Positions 20,559-30,600 of a stretch of 64,000 nucleotides of DNA are shown one piece after another. This DNA comes from Spirochaetia bacterium (lineage in GTDB: Bacteria > Spirochaetota > Spirochaetia > SZUA-6 > Bin103): assembly GCA_965198005.1 (NCBI GenBank), contig CBDAOI010000004.1, positions 2,016,001 to 2,080,000 of the forward strand, written 5' to 3'. Made by a program: the position numbers and the translations under genes. The stretch's first letter is position 1. The number at the start of each line of letters is the position of its first letter. The notes beneath the pieces are model-generated. The model was not told the DNA's origin and ran no database searches. It saw only the letters and a list, made by a program, of their open reading frames with translations.

Positions 20559-21515
20559 CTACTGGTACCGAACCCTCGGGTCCAGAGCGACGTAGAGCAG
20601 ATCGATGAGCAGGTTGATCACCAGCACTCCGGCGCCGAAGAACAGGTTTACTCCCGAGACCACCGGGTAGTCGCGATCCTGCAGCGCCACCAGCATCAGC
20701 TGGCCCATGCCGGGCAGATTGAAGATGTTCTCGATGATCACCGACCCGCCCACCAACAGCGGAACCGCCAGGCCGATGGCGGATAACACCGGGATCATCG
20801 CGTTCTTGATGGCGTGGCGAAGAACGACCATCCGCTCGCGCAGACCCTTGGCCCACGCCGTACGCACGTAGTCCTGGCGCAGCACCTCGAGCATCATCGT
20901 ACGCGTAATGCGCATCGTGCCTGCCGAGAGGGCGGTGCCGAGGATGATGCTGGGGATGATGAACACCCCCAGGCTTTCCCATGGGTTCTGCGAGAACCGC
21001 ACCATGATGATGGGGGGTTGCCAGTTCCACCACAGCGCCGGGTAGATGATCACCATCAAGGCCAGCCAGAAGTTGGGTGTGGCCAACCCCAACACGGCGA
21101 CCGTCCTCCCCGCATAGTCGGCGGCGGTGTCCTGACGAATGGCGGAGAAGATGCCCACCGGCAGGGCGATGACCATGGCGATGACCAGCGCCATCAGCCC
21201 CAGCTGGAAGGTGGGTCCAGCGCGCACCCAGATCTTGGCTTCCACCGTGTCCTTGCCGAGCAGGGAGTCGCCCAGCGTGCCGCGCAGCAGGATGTCGCCG
21301 ATCCAGCGTACGTACTGGACATGGACTGGGACGTCGAGCCCGAGGATGCGCTCCAGCTGCTCGCGGTCCAGCGGCTCGGCAACGTAGTCCATCCGGCTCT
21401 CCAGCGCGCTGATGATGTCGCCAGGGATGAAGCGGACCGAGAGGAACACCAGCGCGCTGAGAATCAGCAGCGTGGGCACCATGAGCAGGAGTCTCCTGAT
21501 CACGTAGGCTCGCAA
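20559..21515 (-). CDS. dppB: Peptide/nickel ABC permease B (copy A)
   Basis: YVIRRLL, PNFWLA, QDYVRTAWAKGL, RDYPVV. Confidence 0.93.
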   Translation of the reverse strand: MRAYVIRRLLLMVPTLLILSALVFLSVRFIPGDIISALESRMDYVAEPLDREQLERILGLDVPVHVQYVRWIGDILLRGTLGDSLLGKDTVEAKIWVRAGPTFQLGLMALVIAMVIALPVGIFSAIRQDTAADYAGRTVAVLGLATPNFWLALMVIIYPALWWNWQPPIIMVRFSQNPWESLGVFIIPSIILGTALSAGTMRITRTMMLEVLRQDYVRTAWAKGLRERMVVLRHAIKNAMIPVLSAIGLAVPLLVGGSVIIENIFNLPGMGQLMLVALQDRDYPVVSGVNLFFGAGVLVINLLIDLLYVALDPRVRYQ

Positions 21516-21535
21516 GTTAGTTTCCTCTGGTGATA

Positions 21536-21568
21536 GGGGTGGGGTGGCAGCCGATCTGCCACCCCACC
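21536..21568. other. Intergenic hairpin between SBP and permease (also at ~30564-30592)
   Basis: GGTGGGGTGGCAG-ccgat-CTGCCACCCCACC. Confidence 0.65.
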
Positions 21569-21576
21569 GTTAGCGA

Positions 21577-23394
21577 CTAATTGACGTATTGGTCGCGAAG
21601 CTGCTCGTCGATCCAGAGGCGGGCGAAGAACACCGGCCCCCAATCCATGAAGCCCAGAACTATCTCGCCGTTGTAGCCGACGATCCACGGCTGCAGGACA
21701 AAGTGCTGGGGAATGCGCGGCGACCACAGGTACCAGTGGAGCTCGGTCAGCCGCATGTCCGCCTCTTTCGAGAGCCGGGTGTACTCCGCCTGATCGGTCG
21801 TCTCAACAGCGGCGTCGATCAGTGCGTTCAGCTCCGGGTCGTCCCCCAGGGGAATGTTCCAGGTCGCGCCGGGATAGGCGGTACCGCGGAGCGTGCCCGC
21901 CGGATCGCCGGTGGTAGTGCCGGATTCGCGGCTGGTCATCCCCTCCGCCGCGCCGCTCTGCGCGAACGCTACGTAGGTTGCGCCCTCCATGGGATTGATC
22001 TCTACCGTGACGCCGATCTCGCGCCAGTACGCCGCCGCTAGCTCGAAGTAGCCGAGGTCGCGGCCCTCCCACACGTCCCAGGGGACGGTGAAGCGGACGC
22101 CATCGGCGCCGCGTGGATAGCCGGCCTCGTCCAACAGCCGCTCGGCGCCCACCGTGTCATAGCTGTAGTAACCCTGCAGCTCGGCCGGCCACTGCTCGAA
22201 GGGGGTGTGATACTTGCCAGAGTAGAAGCCGATGAGGCCCTCCGGCTTCCATTCCGCGCGCCCCTTGAAGTAGTCGTCGTTCATGGTCTCCAGGTCGAGG
22301 GCCATCTGCATCGCGTGGCGCACGCGGATGTCGCTGAACGGCTCCATGGTGACGGCGAAGCCGCCGACCGTCTCGGCACGGAATAAGCGCTTGTAGTACT
22401 GCAGCTCGGGATTGCTGGCCTGCAGGTTGTCGATGTCGTCCATCGAGACGATCTGTGCGGTACCATTATTGGAAAGGGAGTCGATCTTGCGGCTGCGCAC
22501 GGCCGCCATGTGTGTGGCCGGCTCCTTCATCAGCACGCCCTGGACGCTGTCGATGTAGGGCAACCGGTTCTCCGGGAATTTCTCGTCGAAACCCCAGTAA
22601 TCGTCGACCCGTTCCCAGGTCATGGTGCTGTCCTCCACCCAGTCGACCAGCTGGAACGGTCCGGTGCCGACATTGACGCGATAGTCCTGGATGTCACCGT
22701 GCTGCTCGATGACCTCGGGCGCGATGATGCTGGCGTTTCGGATCGTCCAGATAATGTTGAGGAGCGGCTCGCGCAGCGTGCGGGTGAACTTGAACTCGAC
22801 CGTACGGTCGTCGAGGGCGGTCACCGACGCGAACTGCCCGGTGAGGGCCATGGCCGGCGATGGCTCGGTAAAGCCACTGCCGTTGCCGAGAATCCGGTGG
22901 TAGGTGAACTCGACGTCCCTGGCGGTCAGCTTGCGGCCGTTGACCGGCGGCTTGTCGTGCCAGAACACGTCGTCGCGCATCGTGAAGATCATGGTCAGGT
23001 CGTCGGGCATCTCCCAGCTCTCCGCCAGCCATCCCTTGAACACCGACTCCGGAAGCACGTCGCTCCGATAGTCGAAGATGCTGCGATCGAGCGCCCAGTC
23101 GCCGATGGCCAGCTTCTCATTCACACCGCTCATTGCCGGGTTGGCGTGATGGCTGAACCAGGGGTCGGAGCTCGGCGGGAAGGACTTCGCGGCAAAGCTG
23201 ATCGAGCCGCCGTACCGCGGCGCCAGGACCATCTCACCGGTCGCGGGGTCGCGAACCATCGTTCGGTCGGCGGCCGCCGCGGTGTCGCTCTCGCCGCCAC
23301 CGCCGGCGAAGGCGCCGGTCGCGGTCAAAACCAGGACCAGCGCAATCGCGAGGGTCCTTGTAGTGCGTACGATATAATTCATGGTTTTCTCCAT
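21577..23394 (-). CDS. Family-5 ABC substrate-binding protein (copy A)
   Basis: LAESWE, FWHDKPPVNGRKLTA, VGTGPF, VRHAM; start may be 23382. Confidence 0.92.
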   Translation of the reverse strand: MEKTMNYIVRTTRTLAIALVLVLTATGAFAGGGGESDTAAAADRTMVRDPATGEMVLAPRYGGSISFAAKSFPPSSDPWFSHHANPAMSGVNEKLAIGDWALDRSIFDYRSDVLPESVFKGWLAESWEMPDDLTMIFTMRDDVFWHDKPPVNGRKLTARDVEFTYHRILGNGSGFTEPSPAMALTGQFASVTALDDRTVEFKFTRTLREPLLNIIWTIRNASIIAPEVIEQHGDIQDYRVNVGTGPFQLVDWVEDSTMTWERVDDYWGFDEKFPENRLPYIDSVQGVLMKEPATHMAAVRSRKIDSLSNNGTAQIVSMDDIDNLQASNPELQYYKRLFRAETVGGFAVTMEPFSDIRVRHAMQMALDLETMNDDYFKGRAEWKPEGLIGFYSGKYHTPFEQWPAELQGYYSYDTVGAERLLDEAGYPRGADGVRFTVPWDVWEGRDLGYFELAAAYWREIGVTVEINPMEGATYVAFAQSGAAEGMTSRESGTTTGDPAGTLRGTAYPGATWNIPLGDDPELNALIDAAVETTDQAEYTRLSKEADMRLTELHWYLWSPRIPQHFVLQPWIVGYNGEIVLGFMDWGPVFFARLWIDEQLRDQYVN

Positions 23395-23524
23395 AAATGT
23401 ATTCTCGAGAGTATTGCGGAGCGGATTGCCGCTCCCTGGCTACTCTCAGGCGCGCAACGCTTGCCGCCAGTTTGAGTCAAATGGCTGAAGCGCGCGGCGT
23501 GTGACTCACCGGGTTTAGCCGGGC

Positions 23525-23560
23525 TCACGCCGCGCGCGCCCACGGCTCTTTGAGTACCAT
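23525..23560 (-). CDS. Putative leader peptide MVLKEPWARAA
   Basis: AAGGAGGT RBS; stop lies in the 5' arm of a 12-bp hairpin; paralog at 32572-32607. Confidence 0.5.
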   Translation of the reverse strand: MVLKEPWARAA

Positions 23561-23867
23561 CTTGACCTCCTTCTTCCTCACGTCGGGGTGCCTCGCGGCG
23601 ACTGTGGTGAGGGAGTACGAGCGTGAATGGCCGGCAACGCCGGCGGTGGGTTTTGCTGGCAGTCGGTCGCGGGCGGCGACCCGGGACGGTTGTGGTCAAC
23701 GGGAAGGGCGCGGGCGGTCTGCATGCCGGTTTGGCGATGGACCGGGCCGGCGCCACCGATAGCTATAGCTACGGCGGTGGTGAAGGCGCCCGCGGGCGCG
23801 GGGTCGCGAACGGGGCGATCAGCCGGAGCGGTTAGTTGTTTGTCGGTTCGAAAAGCTGGGGGGGGGG

Positions 23868-25507
23868 CATAAGCGCTAACTTGTTGTGGGGGCCTACAGG
23901 GGTCGTGCATGACTTTACTGTGCAACCGTACCACGGACGTGCGACTCGGATCAACCAGCCGCGTCGAAAAAATCGAAGAAATCTGGCAGCTCATGGCTCT
24001 ACGGTGCGACCGTAGCACGGACCCGTGACTCGGGTCAACTACCTGCGTCGAAGAAATCTGGCGGCTCATGGCTCTACCGTGCGACCGTAGCACGGACCTG
24101 CGACTCGGGTCAACCACGCAGATCGAAGTAAGCTGACAACTGAGACAGCCGGCGCCGTGGCGGCTCAGGCGGCTCACCGCCGCCGGGGCGCCGCTTTTGG
24201 CCAGCGCCGCAATCCGCGAGATAGCGTGCCACTGGTGAACCATGCGCGCCAGTGGCAGAGCCGGTTCGATGGTGCGGGTGACCTGGCCCAGCACGAACCT
24301 GAAGTCACGCCACGCACGGGGTGGCCGCTGACGGCGCCAACTCGTATCCCCAGGGGGAAATAGCGCTGGCATGGCGGATCAGCTTCTCGACCAGGAGCGC
24401 AACCAGCAGCTTGCCGTACAGCCACGCTTTGGCGCTGTCGTCGTCGTATTTCGGCAGGTGGCCCAACTGCGCCAACGATTTGAACCGTTTGAACACCAAC
24501 TCCACCTGCCAGCGAATGCGATACCACTCCAGAATCTCGGCGGCACTGAAGGTCGCCGCCGGAAAGGTGGTGAACACGATCACGTATTCGGCAAACCTCA
24601 GCGTGTCCGCTTGCGTCCGCTTACCCCTGCGTGCTGCTTCCTGGCGGACTTTGCGGTGCGCCAGCTTGATCGCTGCTGCCGACTTGCGCAGCGCGCACAC
24701 TCGACCGGGTACGGTTCTGGCCGGTTGTGCTCTGTCATCCTTGATCACCACCTGCGTTGTCCACGACTTGGTGGCGCCGGCACGCTTCAGCGAACTGACC
24801 GCGGCGAGCAGGTCGAACCGCTCACCCTGGGTTGTGCGCAGCCCCAGCGCACCGGTATTGACGCGTACGATGAGCTGACCGCCGGCGGCCGCCACATAAC
24901 CGATACCGCGGGCTGTCGAGTAACCGCGATCGGCCACTACATGATCGCCGGCGCGGATCGGGAACTGAACCAACGATTCGCCGGTGCCCGGCCCCTCGGT
25001 TGGCGTGAGCCTGAAGAAGTCGCACGCCAGCGACGGCAGGCATACGCTCCAGTGGATGCGCCACAGCGCTCCGGTCTTGCCCGGTTCCTTCACGGTGGTG
25101 GCGTCAAACGCCCTGATTTGAAAGCCGCCGTCGGTCGCCACCGCGATGCCGTGTTCCTGAAACAGCCGAACGCACAGGGCGTACAACCAGTCCTTTGATT
25201 TCCGCAGGCGCTTCAGCAGAGCTACATCGGACAGATCGGCGAGATTCGCCTGCCGCGCCCGCACCACGGTCTCACGCAACGAGTGCCCGCAGCCCAGATG
25301 GATCAAGAGCGTGCGCAGCAGGTTGTCCACCGATTTGTACTTGCGCAACCCCTTCAGCGCCCCGGCACCCTCCGCCAACTCCCGCCAGTCACTCGGCAGG
25401 AACGACACCAGCAGTTCCCAATCCTCGTCCACCGCGCTTGCCCTCCCCGTCGCGTATCTGGATTCACGATACGCCAATCGGGCAGCAAAAACAAGTTAGC
25501 GCTTATG
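23868..25507 (-). mobile_element. IS4-family (IS186-like) insertion sequence
   Basis: 18-bp TIR CATAAGCGCTAACTTGTT; poly-G flanks on both sides. Confidence 0.92.
24305..25477 (-). CDS. IS4-family transposase
   Basis: FDAT, VADRGY, YRIRWQVELVFKRFKS (YREK signature). Confidence 0.93.
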   Translation of the reverse strand: MAYRESRYATGRASAVDEDWELLVSFLPSDWRELAEGAGALKGLRKYKSVDNLLRTLLIHLGCGHSLRETVVRARQANLADLSDVALLKRLRKSKDWLYALCVRLFQEHGIAVATDGGFQIRAFDATTVKEPGKTGALWRIHWSVCLPSLACDFFRLTPTEGPGTGESLVQFPIRAGDHVVADRGYSTARGIGYVAAAGGQLIVRVNTGALGLRTTQGERFDLLAAVSSLKRAGATKSWTTQVVIKDDRAQPARTVPGRVCALRKSAAAIKLAHRKVRQEAARRGKRTQADTLRFAEYVIVFTTFPAATFSAAEILEWYRIRWQVELVFKRFKSLAQLGHLPKYDDDSAKAWLYGKLLVALLVEKLIRHASAISPWGYELAPSAATPCVA

Positions 25508-25519
25508 GGGGGGGGGATT

Positions 25520-25836
25520 GATGCACCGGTCGCGTCACCGCCAACCGGCCACTGTGCTTACGCGCCCCATGCCATCCTGGCACGTCATCATGGCAGTTCA
25601 TCACCGATCCGTCGAGCCCCACGCGAGGCAAGCTAGCATAGGAGCGGCGCGGCGTCAACGACTCGTGGGCGTCACCGGGGTGAGCGAAGGTCACCGGCAA
25701 CCGGTCACTGCGCTGACGCCGGAATCTCAGGGGGGGCGCTGGAAACGTGGCCTACGGGCGCGCGCGCCAGCGCTGGCGCGTCATCGTGACGCGTCATTTG
25801 CATTTGCCGAACCCCTAACGGGGCACTCTCTCGCGA
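25520..25836. repeat. Short array of the 122-134 bp repeat family
   Basis: First unit matches 32928-33100; end matches the reverse complement of 7788-7845. Confidence 0.85.
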
Positions 25837-25842
25837 GTGCAG

Positions 25843-26088
25843 CTACGTCCCCCTTGGCCGGGGCCTCTCGGGCTGCCCCCTTGGCCCCACGGGTGGGCAT
25901 GCCGCCGGCCGCTGCGGAGGCGCGCCCGGAAAGCGCCCGACCAGGTCGTTCTGTCCCGCGTAATCATAGATCCGTGAGTCGGGGGAGTCGTCCAATCCAA
26001 GACTGATCACGTGTTCGGAACCCGGGAACTTATCGCCCAACGTCTGAAGGAGGCTTCGTGGAAGATTCTGGTCGAGAAGAAGTTTCAC
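25843..26088 (-). pseudogene. DUF5615 PIN-like toxin, truncated
   Basis: MKLLLDQNLP...SEHV...LGLDDSPDSRIYDYA; homology lost afterwards. Confidence 0.75.
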
Positions 26089-26312
26089 CCGTGACTGGAG
26101 GCCAGCCTTCGTTCCCTTGCTGCGGCGAACTGAAGGACTGCCAGTACGTCATCGCGGGTAAGTTCGGGGAACTCACTCAGAAGCTCGTCCGTTGACATTC
26201 CTCCCGCCAGGTATTCGAGAACGTCGTAGACCGTGATGCGGGTCCCTCGAATGCACGGCTTGCCCGAACGCCGGGCCGGATCAATGACTATGTGATCCAG
26301 GAGATCTTTCAT
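26085..26312 (-). CDS. DUF433 antitoxin
   Basis: IDPARRSGKPCIRGTRITVYDVLEYLAGGMS...FPELT. Confidence 0.92.
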   Translation of the reverse strand: MKDLLDHIVIDPARRSGKPCIRGTRITVYDVLEYLAGGMSTDELLSEFPELTRDDVLAVLQFAAARERRLASSHG

Positions 26313-26880
26313 GGCATCTCAGGATAGCTGAGATGCCGAGTGGTGAACACGGCTTCATGAGGCCCCGGTTGTCGCGCCTTCACCTGGGCACCGCCACGAC
26401 CGCGCATAGTCTCGCTGTTCGAGCATCACCTTTCCGTACCTCGCTCCACACGCGCACGGGGTCTTGTCGCACAGTTCGGTGCCAACGGTCGTCGCAAAAA
26501 AACGACGAACCGCCGGCGAAGCTGCCTCAGGACCAGAAAGAGCTCCGTTCGTGTGAGAAGCCTGTAACAGTCCGGCGTCGAGGTCGAGCGCCCTTCGGTC
26601 GTGCTCTGCTTGCCTTCGCAAGCGCCGCAACCTTGGGCAATAGCGCCCGCGAGTCCGAGCCATTGAAACCAAGGACGTAACGGGTGAGGTCCGAAGGTCG
26701 GCGCAACTGCGCCAGCCGGCGGCGGTCACGGAGATCCGTGTCCATCCGCCCTATCCGTAGTGGGTTATCTTTTCCGGGTCCTCGATACGGAGCCGTCTGG
26801 TCCCGGCCAACCGCCGCCCGGGCCCCCTCTGGAGCGGGCGCACGTCAGTTTGGGCCCCAAAAAGAGAAAGAGCGGCTGAC

Positions 26881-28599
26881 CTACCTGAGCGCCGGGTGGC
26901 TGACCTGCAGGGTCTGCCCGGCGGCCACGTCTGACAGCTGGGTGCGCCTGCCGTCGGGCCACTCGATCTCGACGTCGCATGCGGTCGCGGCGCCGAGGCC
27001 GAACACCTGCTCGAGGGGATTCTGCGACAGGTAGTTGCTGCCGAGCGTTAGCTCGCGCATGGCGCTGCGCGTCTGACCGGCGTGGGTGGTGCGCACGGTG
27101 ATGCGGGCGCCGACCGCCTGGGTGTTGGGCGGCAGGCCACGCAGCTGAACCCGCAGGAAGTTCGCGCCACGCGACTCGTTTTCCCAGAGTGTCGCGCCTT
27201 CGTGCAGGAGGAGGATGTCGACGTCGCCGTCGTTGTCGAAGTCGGCGCACACCGCGGCACGGCCGAGCTCGGCGTCGTCCAGACCGAGGGGCCCGGCGCG
27301 ATCGGTGAAGGTGCCATCGCCGGCGTTGACGAAGGCGCGCGAGCGGTCGGCGGTGTAGTCGGCCTCGATAGTGCTGCCGAGGCCGACCCAGCCGTTGGTG
27401 TGATAGATGTCGAGGTCGCCGTCGTTCTCGAAGTCGATGGCGCACGCCGCCCAGCCCCAGCCGCCGTCGACCACGCCGGCCTGGTCGGTGGCGTCGACGA
27501 AGGTGCCGCCGTCGTTGCGGTAGAGGCGGTTGCCACGAAACGGATCCGGCGTCTGGCCCTCCCCGCCGTAGAAGACGCTGCTGACGAACCAGTCGAGGTC
27601 GCCATCACCGTCGAAGTCGGCCACCGCCGAGCCCATGCCGTGGTCGTCGATCATCACCCCGGTGTCGGTGACGTTGCGGAACGTGCCGTCGCCGTTGTTG
27701 AGGAACGCCTGCGAGCGATTGAAGTCGGCCACGAACAGCAGGTCCGGGTAGCGGTCGGCGTCGATGCGGGCGAACGTCGGGGTGAAGGTCCAGTCGCGCT
27801 CGCGGGACTGGTGGCCTTCGGCGAAGGGCTCCTCGGGGTCCGGCAGCATCAGGATCGATGGGGAGATGCCGGCAGCGACGCTGACGCTGGTGAAGCGAAT
27901 CCGCTCCGCGCTGCTGTCGTTGCGCCACAGGTGCTCGGTGTCGGGCGGCCGGTCGGGGTCGCGGCGCACGGCCGGGCCGTAGGCGACGCCGGCCCCGCGC
28001 CAGGTGCCCCAGTGCGCGAGGGCCATGTCGAGGTCGCCGTCCAAGTCGTAGTCGCCGAAGGCGGCCGAGAAGGTCTGCTCGGCGTTCATCGTGTCGAGGC
28101 CGGAGCGAGCGGTTACGTCGTCGAAGGTGCCGTCGCCGTTGTTGCGGAACAGCAGCGACGGATCGCCGTGCAGACCGCCGAGAAACAGATCGAGGTCGCC
28201 GTCGCCGTCCAGGTCGGCGAACGTAGCTCCGGCGTGCCGGTAGTTGAGGCCCGCCGCGCGGGTGTAGGCCAGGCCGGCCGCCGCCGCCACCTCGGTGAAA
28301 CGGAGCCGGCCGTCGTTGCGGTACAGCAGGTTGGGGCCGATGTCGCCGCGGACGATGAACAGGTCGATGTCGCCGTCGCCGTCGTAGTCGCCGGCTGCCG
28401 CGCTGCTCCTGGCCATCAGCCCGACGAAGGCGAACCCCTCGACATCAAGGAACCCGCTCTCGAAATCGATGCCAGAGCGGCGGGTGACGTCGCGGAAGAG
28501 GGGGTCACCGGCGGCGATCGGTTCGGCGGGGGTCGCGGACGAACGCAGCGCGAGCGCGGCGATGAAGGCAACTGCGCCGAGCCGCCGGACGCAGCTCAT
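26881..28599 (-). CDS. Secreted CRTAC1-family FG-GAP + ASPIC/UnbV protein (copy B)
   Basis: Paralog of copy A; ATG after GGAGG. Confidence 0.88.
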   Translation of the reverse strand: MSCVRRLGAVAFIAALALRSSATPAEPIAAGDPLFRDVTRRSGIDFESGFLDVEGFAFVGLMARSSAAAGDYDGDGDIDLFIVRGDIGPNLLYRNDGRLRFTEVAAAAGLAYTRAAGLNYRHAGATFADLDGDGDLDLFLGGLHGDPSLLFRNNGDGTFDDVTARSGLDTMNAEQTFSAAFGDYDLDGDLDMALAHWGTWRGAGVAYGPAVRRDPDRPPDTEHLWRNDSSAERIRFTSVSVAAGISPSILMLPDPEEPFAEGHQSRERDWTFTPTFARIDADRYPDLLFVADFNRSQAFLNNGDGTFRNVTDTGVMIDDHGMGSAVADFDGDGDLDWFVSSVFYGGEGQTPDPFRGNRLYRNDGGTFVDATDQAGVVDGGWGWAACAIDFENDGDLDIYHTNGWVGLGSTIEADYTADRSRAFVNAGDGTFTDRAGPLGLDDAELGRAAVCADFDNDGDVDILLLHEGATLWENESRGANFLRVQLRGLPPNTQAVGARITVRTTHAGQTRSAMRELTLGSNYLSQNPLEQVFGLGAATACDVEIEWPDGRRTQLSDVAAGQTLQVSHPALR

Positions 28600-28616
28600 T
28601 CCTCCGCGGCCGCGAG

Positions 28617-29579
28617 TCATACCGCCCGCTGCTGGCCGGTGCCTGCGTCGTAGCGACCCGAGCCACCCCTGAGCCGTGGATCCAGCAAGTCGCGCACGGC
28701 GTCGCCGAAGTTGTTCAGGCAATACACCGTAATGGTGAGTGCCAGCCCCGGCCACAGCGCGAGGTGCGGCGCCTGTTCCATGTACCGCCGTCCCTCTCTG
28801 CTTAACAGCCCGCCCCAACTCGGAACCTCGATCGGCAACCCAAAGCCGAGGAAGCTCAACGACGCCTCGCTGATGATGACGCCACCGATGTTGATGCTGA
28901 AGATGACCACCAACACCGGCGCGATATTGGGAATCACGTGGCGCAGAATCGTTCTGGCCGTGGGACTGCCCACCGTCTGGGCCGCCTGAAAGTACACGTT
29001 CTCGCGCACACCGATCACCGCACCGCGCACCACCCGTGAGCCAACGATGCCGCCAGACACGCCGAGGGTGATGATGATCTGCGGCACGCCGCGGCCCACG
29101 ATCGACATGATCGTCAGCAGCAGCAGCAGGCCGGGGAAGGCCATCCAGGCATCGACGAACCGTTGCGTGACCAGGTCGAGTCTCCCACCGATGAATCCTG
29201 AGACACCGCCAATCAGCAGGGCTACCACGACGTTGAGCGCGGTCGCTGAGAGGCCGACGAACAGCGACAGCCGGGCGCCGAAGATGATCCGAGTAAGGAA
29301 GTCGCGGCCCAGATGGTCGGTACCCAGCACGTGCTCCACTGACGTACCTTGCAGCCGGTTCTTCGCGTTGATTTCGAAGAAGTCGTAGGGCGCCAGCACA
29401 TCGGCAAAGATGCTCACGAAGACGAGCACCACGACTATCGCCGCGCTCACCGCCCCGAGCGGCTTCTCTCTGACCAGCCGAATCAGGAACCGTCGCGCGG
29501 CCCGCGCAGCCCCGGCCGCTGGCTGACCTTTCCTCGGCGCATTTCCCGGCGCGGTGTCGTTCGGACTCGCGTCACTCAT
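28617..29579 (-). CDS. dppC: ABC permease C (copy B)
   Basis: LGTDHLGRD, HVIPN, PSWG. Confidence 0.93.
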   Translation of the reverse strand: MSDASPNDTAPGNAPRKGQPAAGAARAARRFLIRLVREKPLGAVSAAIVVVLVFVSIFADVLAPYDFFEINAKNRLQGTSVEHVLGTDHLGRDFLTRIIFGARLSLFVGLSATALNVVVALLIGGVSGFIGGRLDLVTQRFVDAWMAFPGLLLLLTIMSIVGRGVPQIIITLGVSGGIVGSRVVRGAVIGVRENVYFQAAQTVGSPTARTILRHVIPNIAPVLVVIFSINIGGVIISEASLSFLGFGLPIEVPSWGGLLSREGRRYMEQAPHLALWPGLALTITVYCLNNFGDAVRDLLDPRLRGGSGRYDAGTGQQRAV

Positions 29580-29592
29580 TCCTGTGACCGCA

Positions 29593-30546
29593 CTACTGGT
29601 AACGCACCCGCGGGTCCAGATAGACATACAACAGATCGATGAGCAGGTTGATCAGCAGGACCCCGGTGCCAAAGAACAGGTTCACTCCGGAGACGACTGG
29701 GTAGTCGCGATCCTCCAGCGCCACCAGCATCAGCTGCCCCATGCCAGGCAGGTTGAACATTGTCTCGATGATCACCGACCCGCCCACCAGCAGCGGCACC
29801 GCCAGGCCGATGGCGGACAACACGGGGATCATCGCGTTCTTGACGGCGTGGCGAAGAACGACCATCCGCTCGCGCAGCCCCTTGGCCCACGCCGTGCGTA
29901 CGTAGTCCTGGCGCAGCACCTCGAGCATCATCGTGCGGGTGATGCGCATCGTTCCAGCCGAGAGGGCGGTTCCGAGGATGATGCTGGGGATGATGAAGAC
30001 GCCCAGGCTCTCCCACGGATTATCGAGGAACCTCACCATGATGATGGGCAGTGACCGGTCCCACCATAGCGCGGGGTAGATGATCACCATCAGGGCCAGC
30101 CAGAAGTTGGGTGTGGCCAACCCCAGCACCGCCACCGTTCTGCCTGCGAAGTCGCCGGCGGTGTCCTGACGAATCGCCGAGTAGATGCCGACCGGCAGGG
30201 CAATGACCATCGCGATGCTCAGCGCCATCAAACCCAGTTGGAACGTCGGTCCCACGCGCCTCCAGATCTTGGCTTCGACGGTGTCCTTGCCGAGCAGGGA
30301 ATCGCCCAGCGTGCCGCGCAGGAGGATGTCGCCGAGCCAGCGAACGTACTGGATATGGATCGGCTGATCGATCCCGAGGATCCGCTCCAACTGCTCGCGG
30401 TCGAGGGACGAGAGGGAGTTCGTCCGACTCTGCATGGCGTCGATGATGTCTCCGGGAATGAAGCGGACCGAGAGGAACACCAACGCGCTGAGGATCAACA
30501 GGGTGGGCACCATCAGCAGGAGTCTCCTGATCACGTAGGCTCGCAA
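29593..30546 (-). CDS. dppB: ABC permease B (copy B)
   Basis: QDYVRTAWAKGL, RDYPVV. Confidence 0.93.
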   Translation of the reverse strand: MRAYVIRRLLLMVPTLLILSALVFLSVRFIPGDIIDAMQSRTNSLSSLDREQLERILGIDQPIHIQYVRWLGDILLRGTLGDSLLGKDTVEAKIWRRVGPTFQLGLMALSIAMVIALPVGIYSAIRQDTAGDFAGRTVAVLGLATPNFWLALMVIIYPALWWDRSLPIIMVRFLDNPWESLGVFIIPSIILGTALSAGTMRITRTMMLEVLRQDYVRTAWAKGLRERMVVLRHAVKNAMIPVLSAIGLAVPLLVGGSVIIETMFNLPGMGQLMLVALEDRDYPVVSGVNLFFGTGVLLINLLIDLLYVYLDPRVRYQ

Positions 30547-30600
30547 CTAAGTTCCTCCGCTGATGGGGTGGCAGCGGATCTGCCACCCCACCGTTACCGA

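Noticed and set aside
26333-26745. Short ORFs between DUF433 and CRTAC1 copy B
   Set aside because: No recognisable motifs or coding signal.
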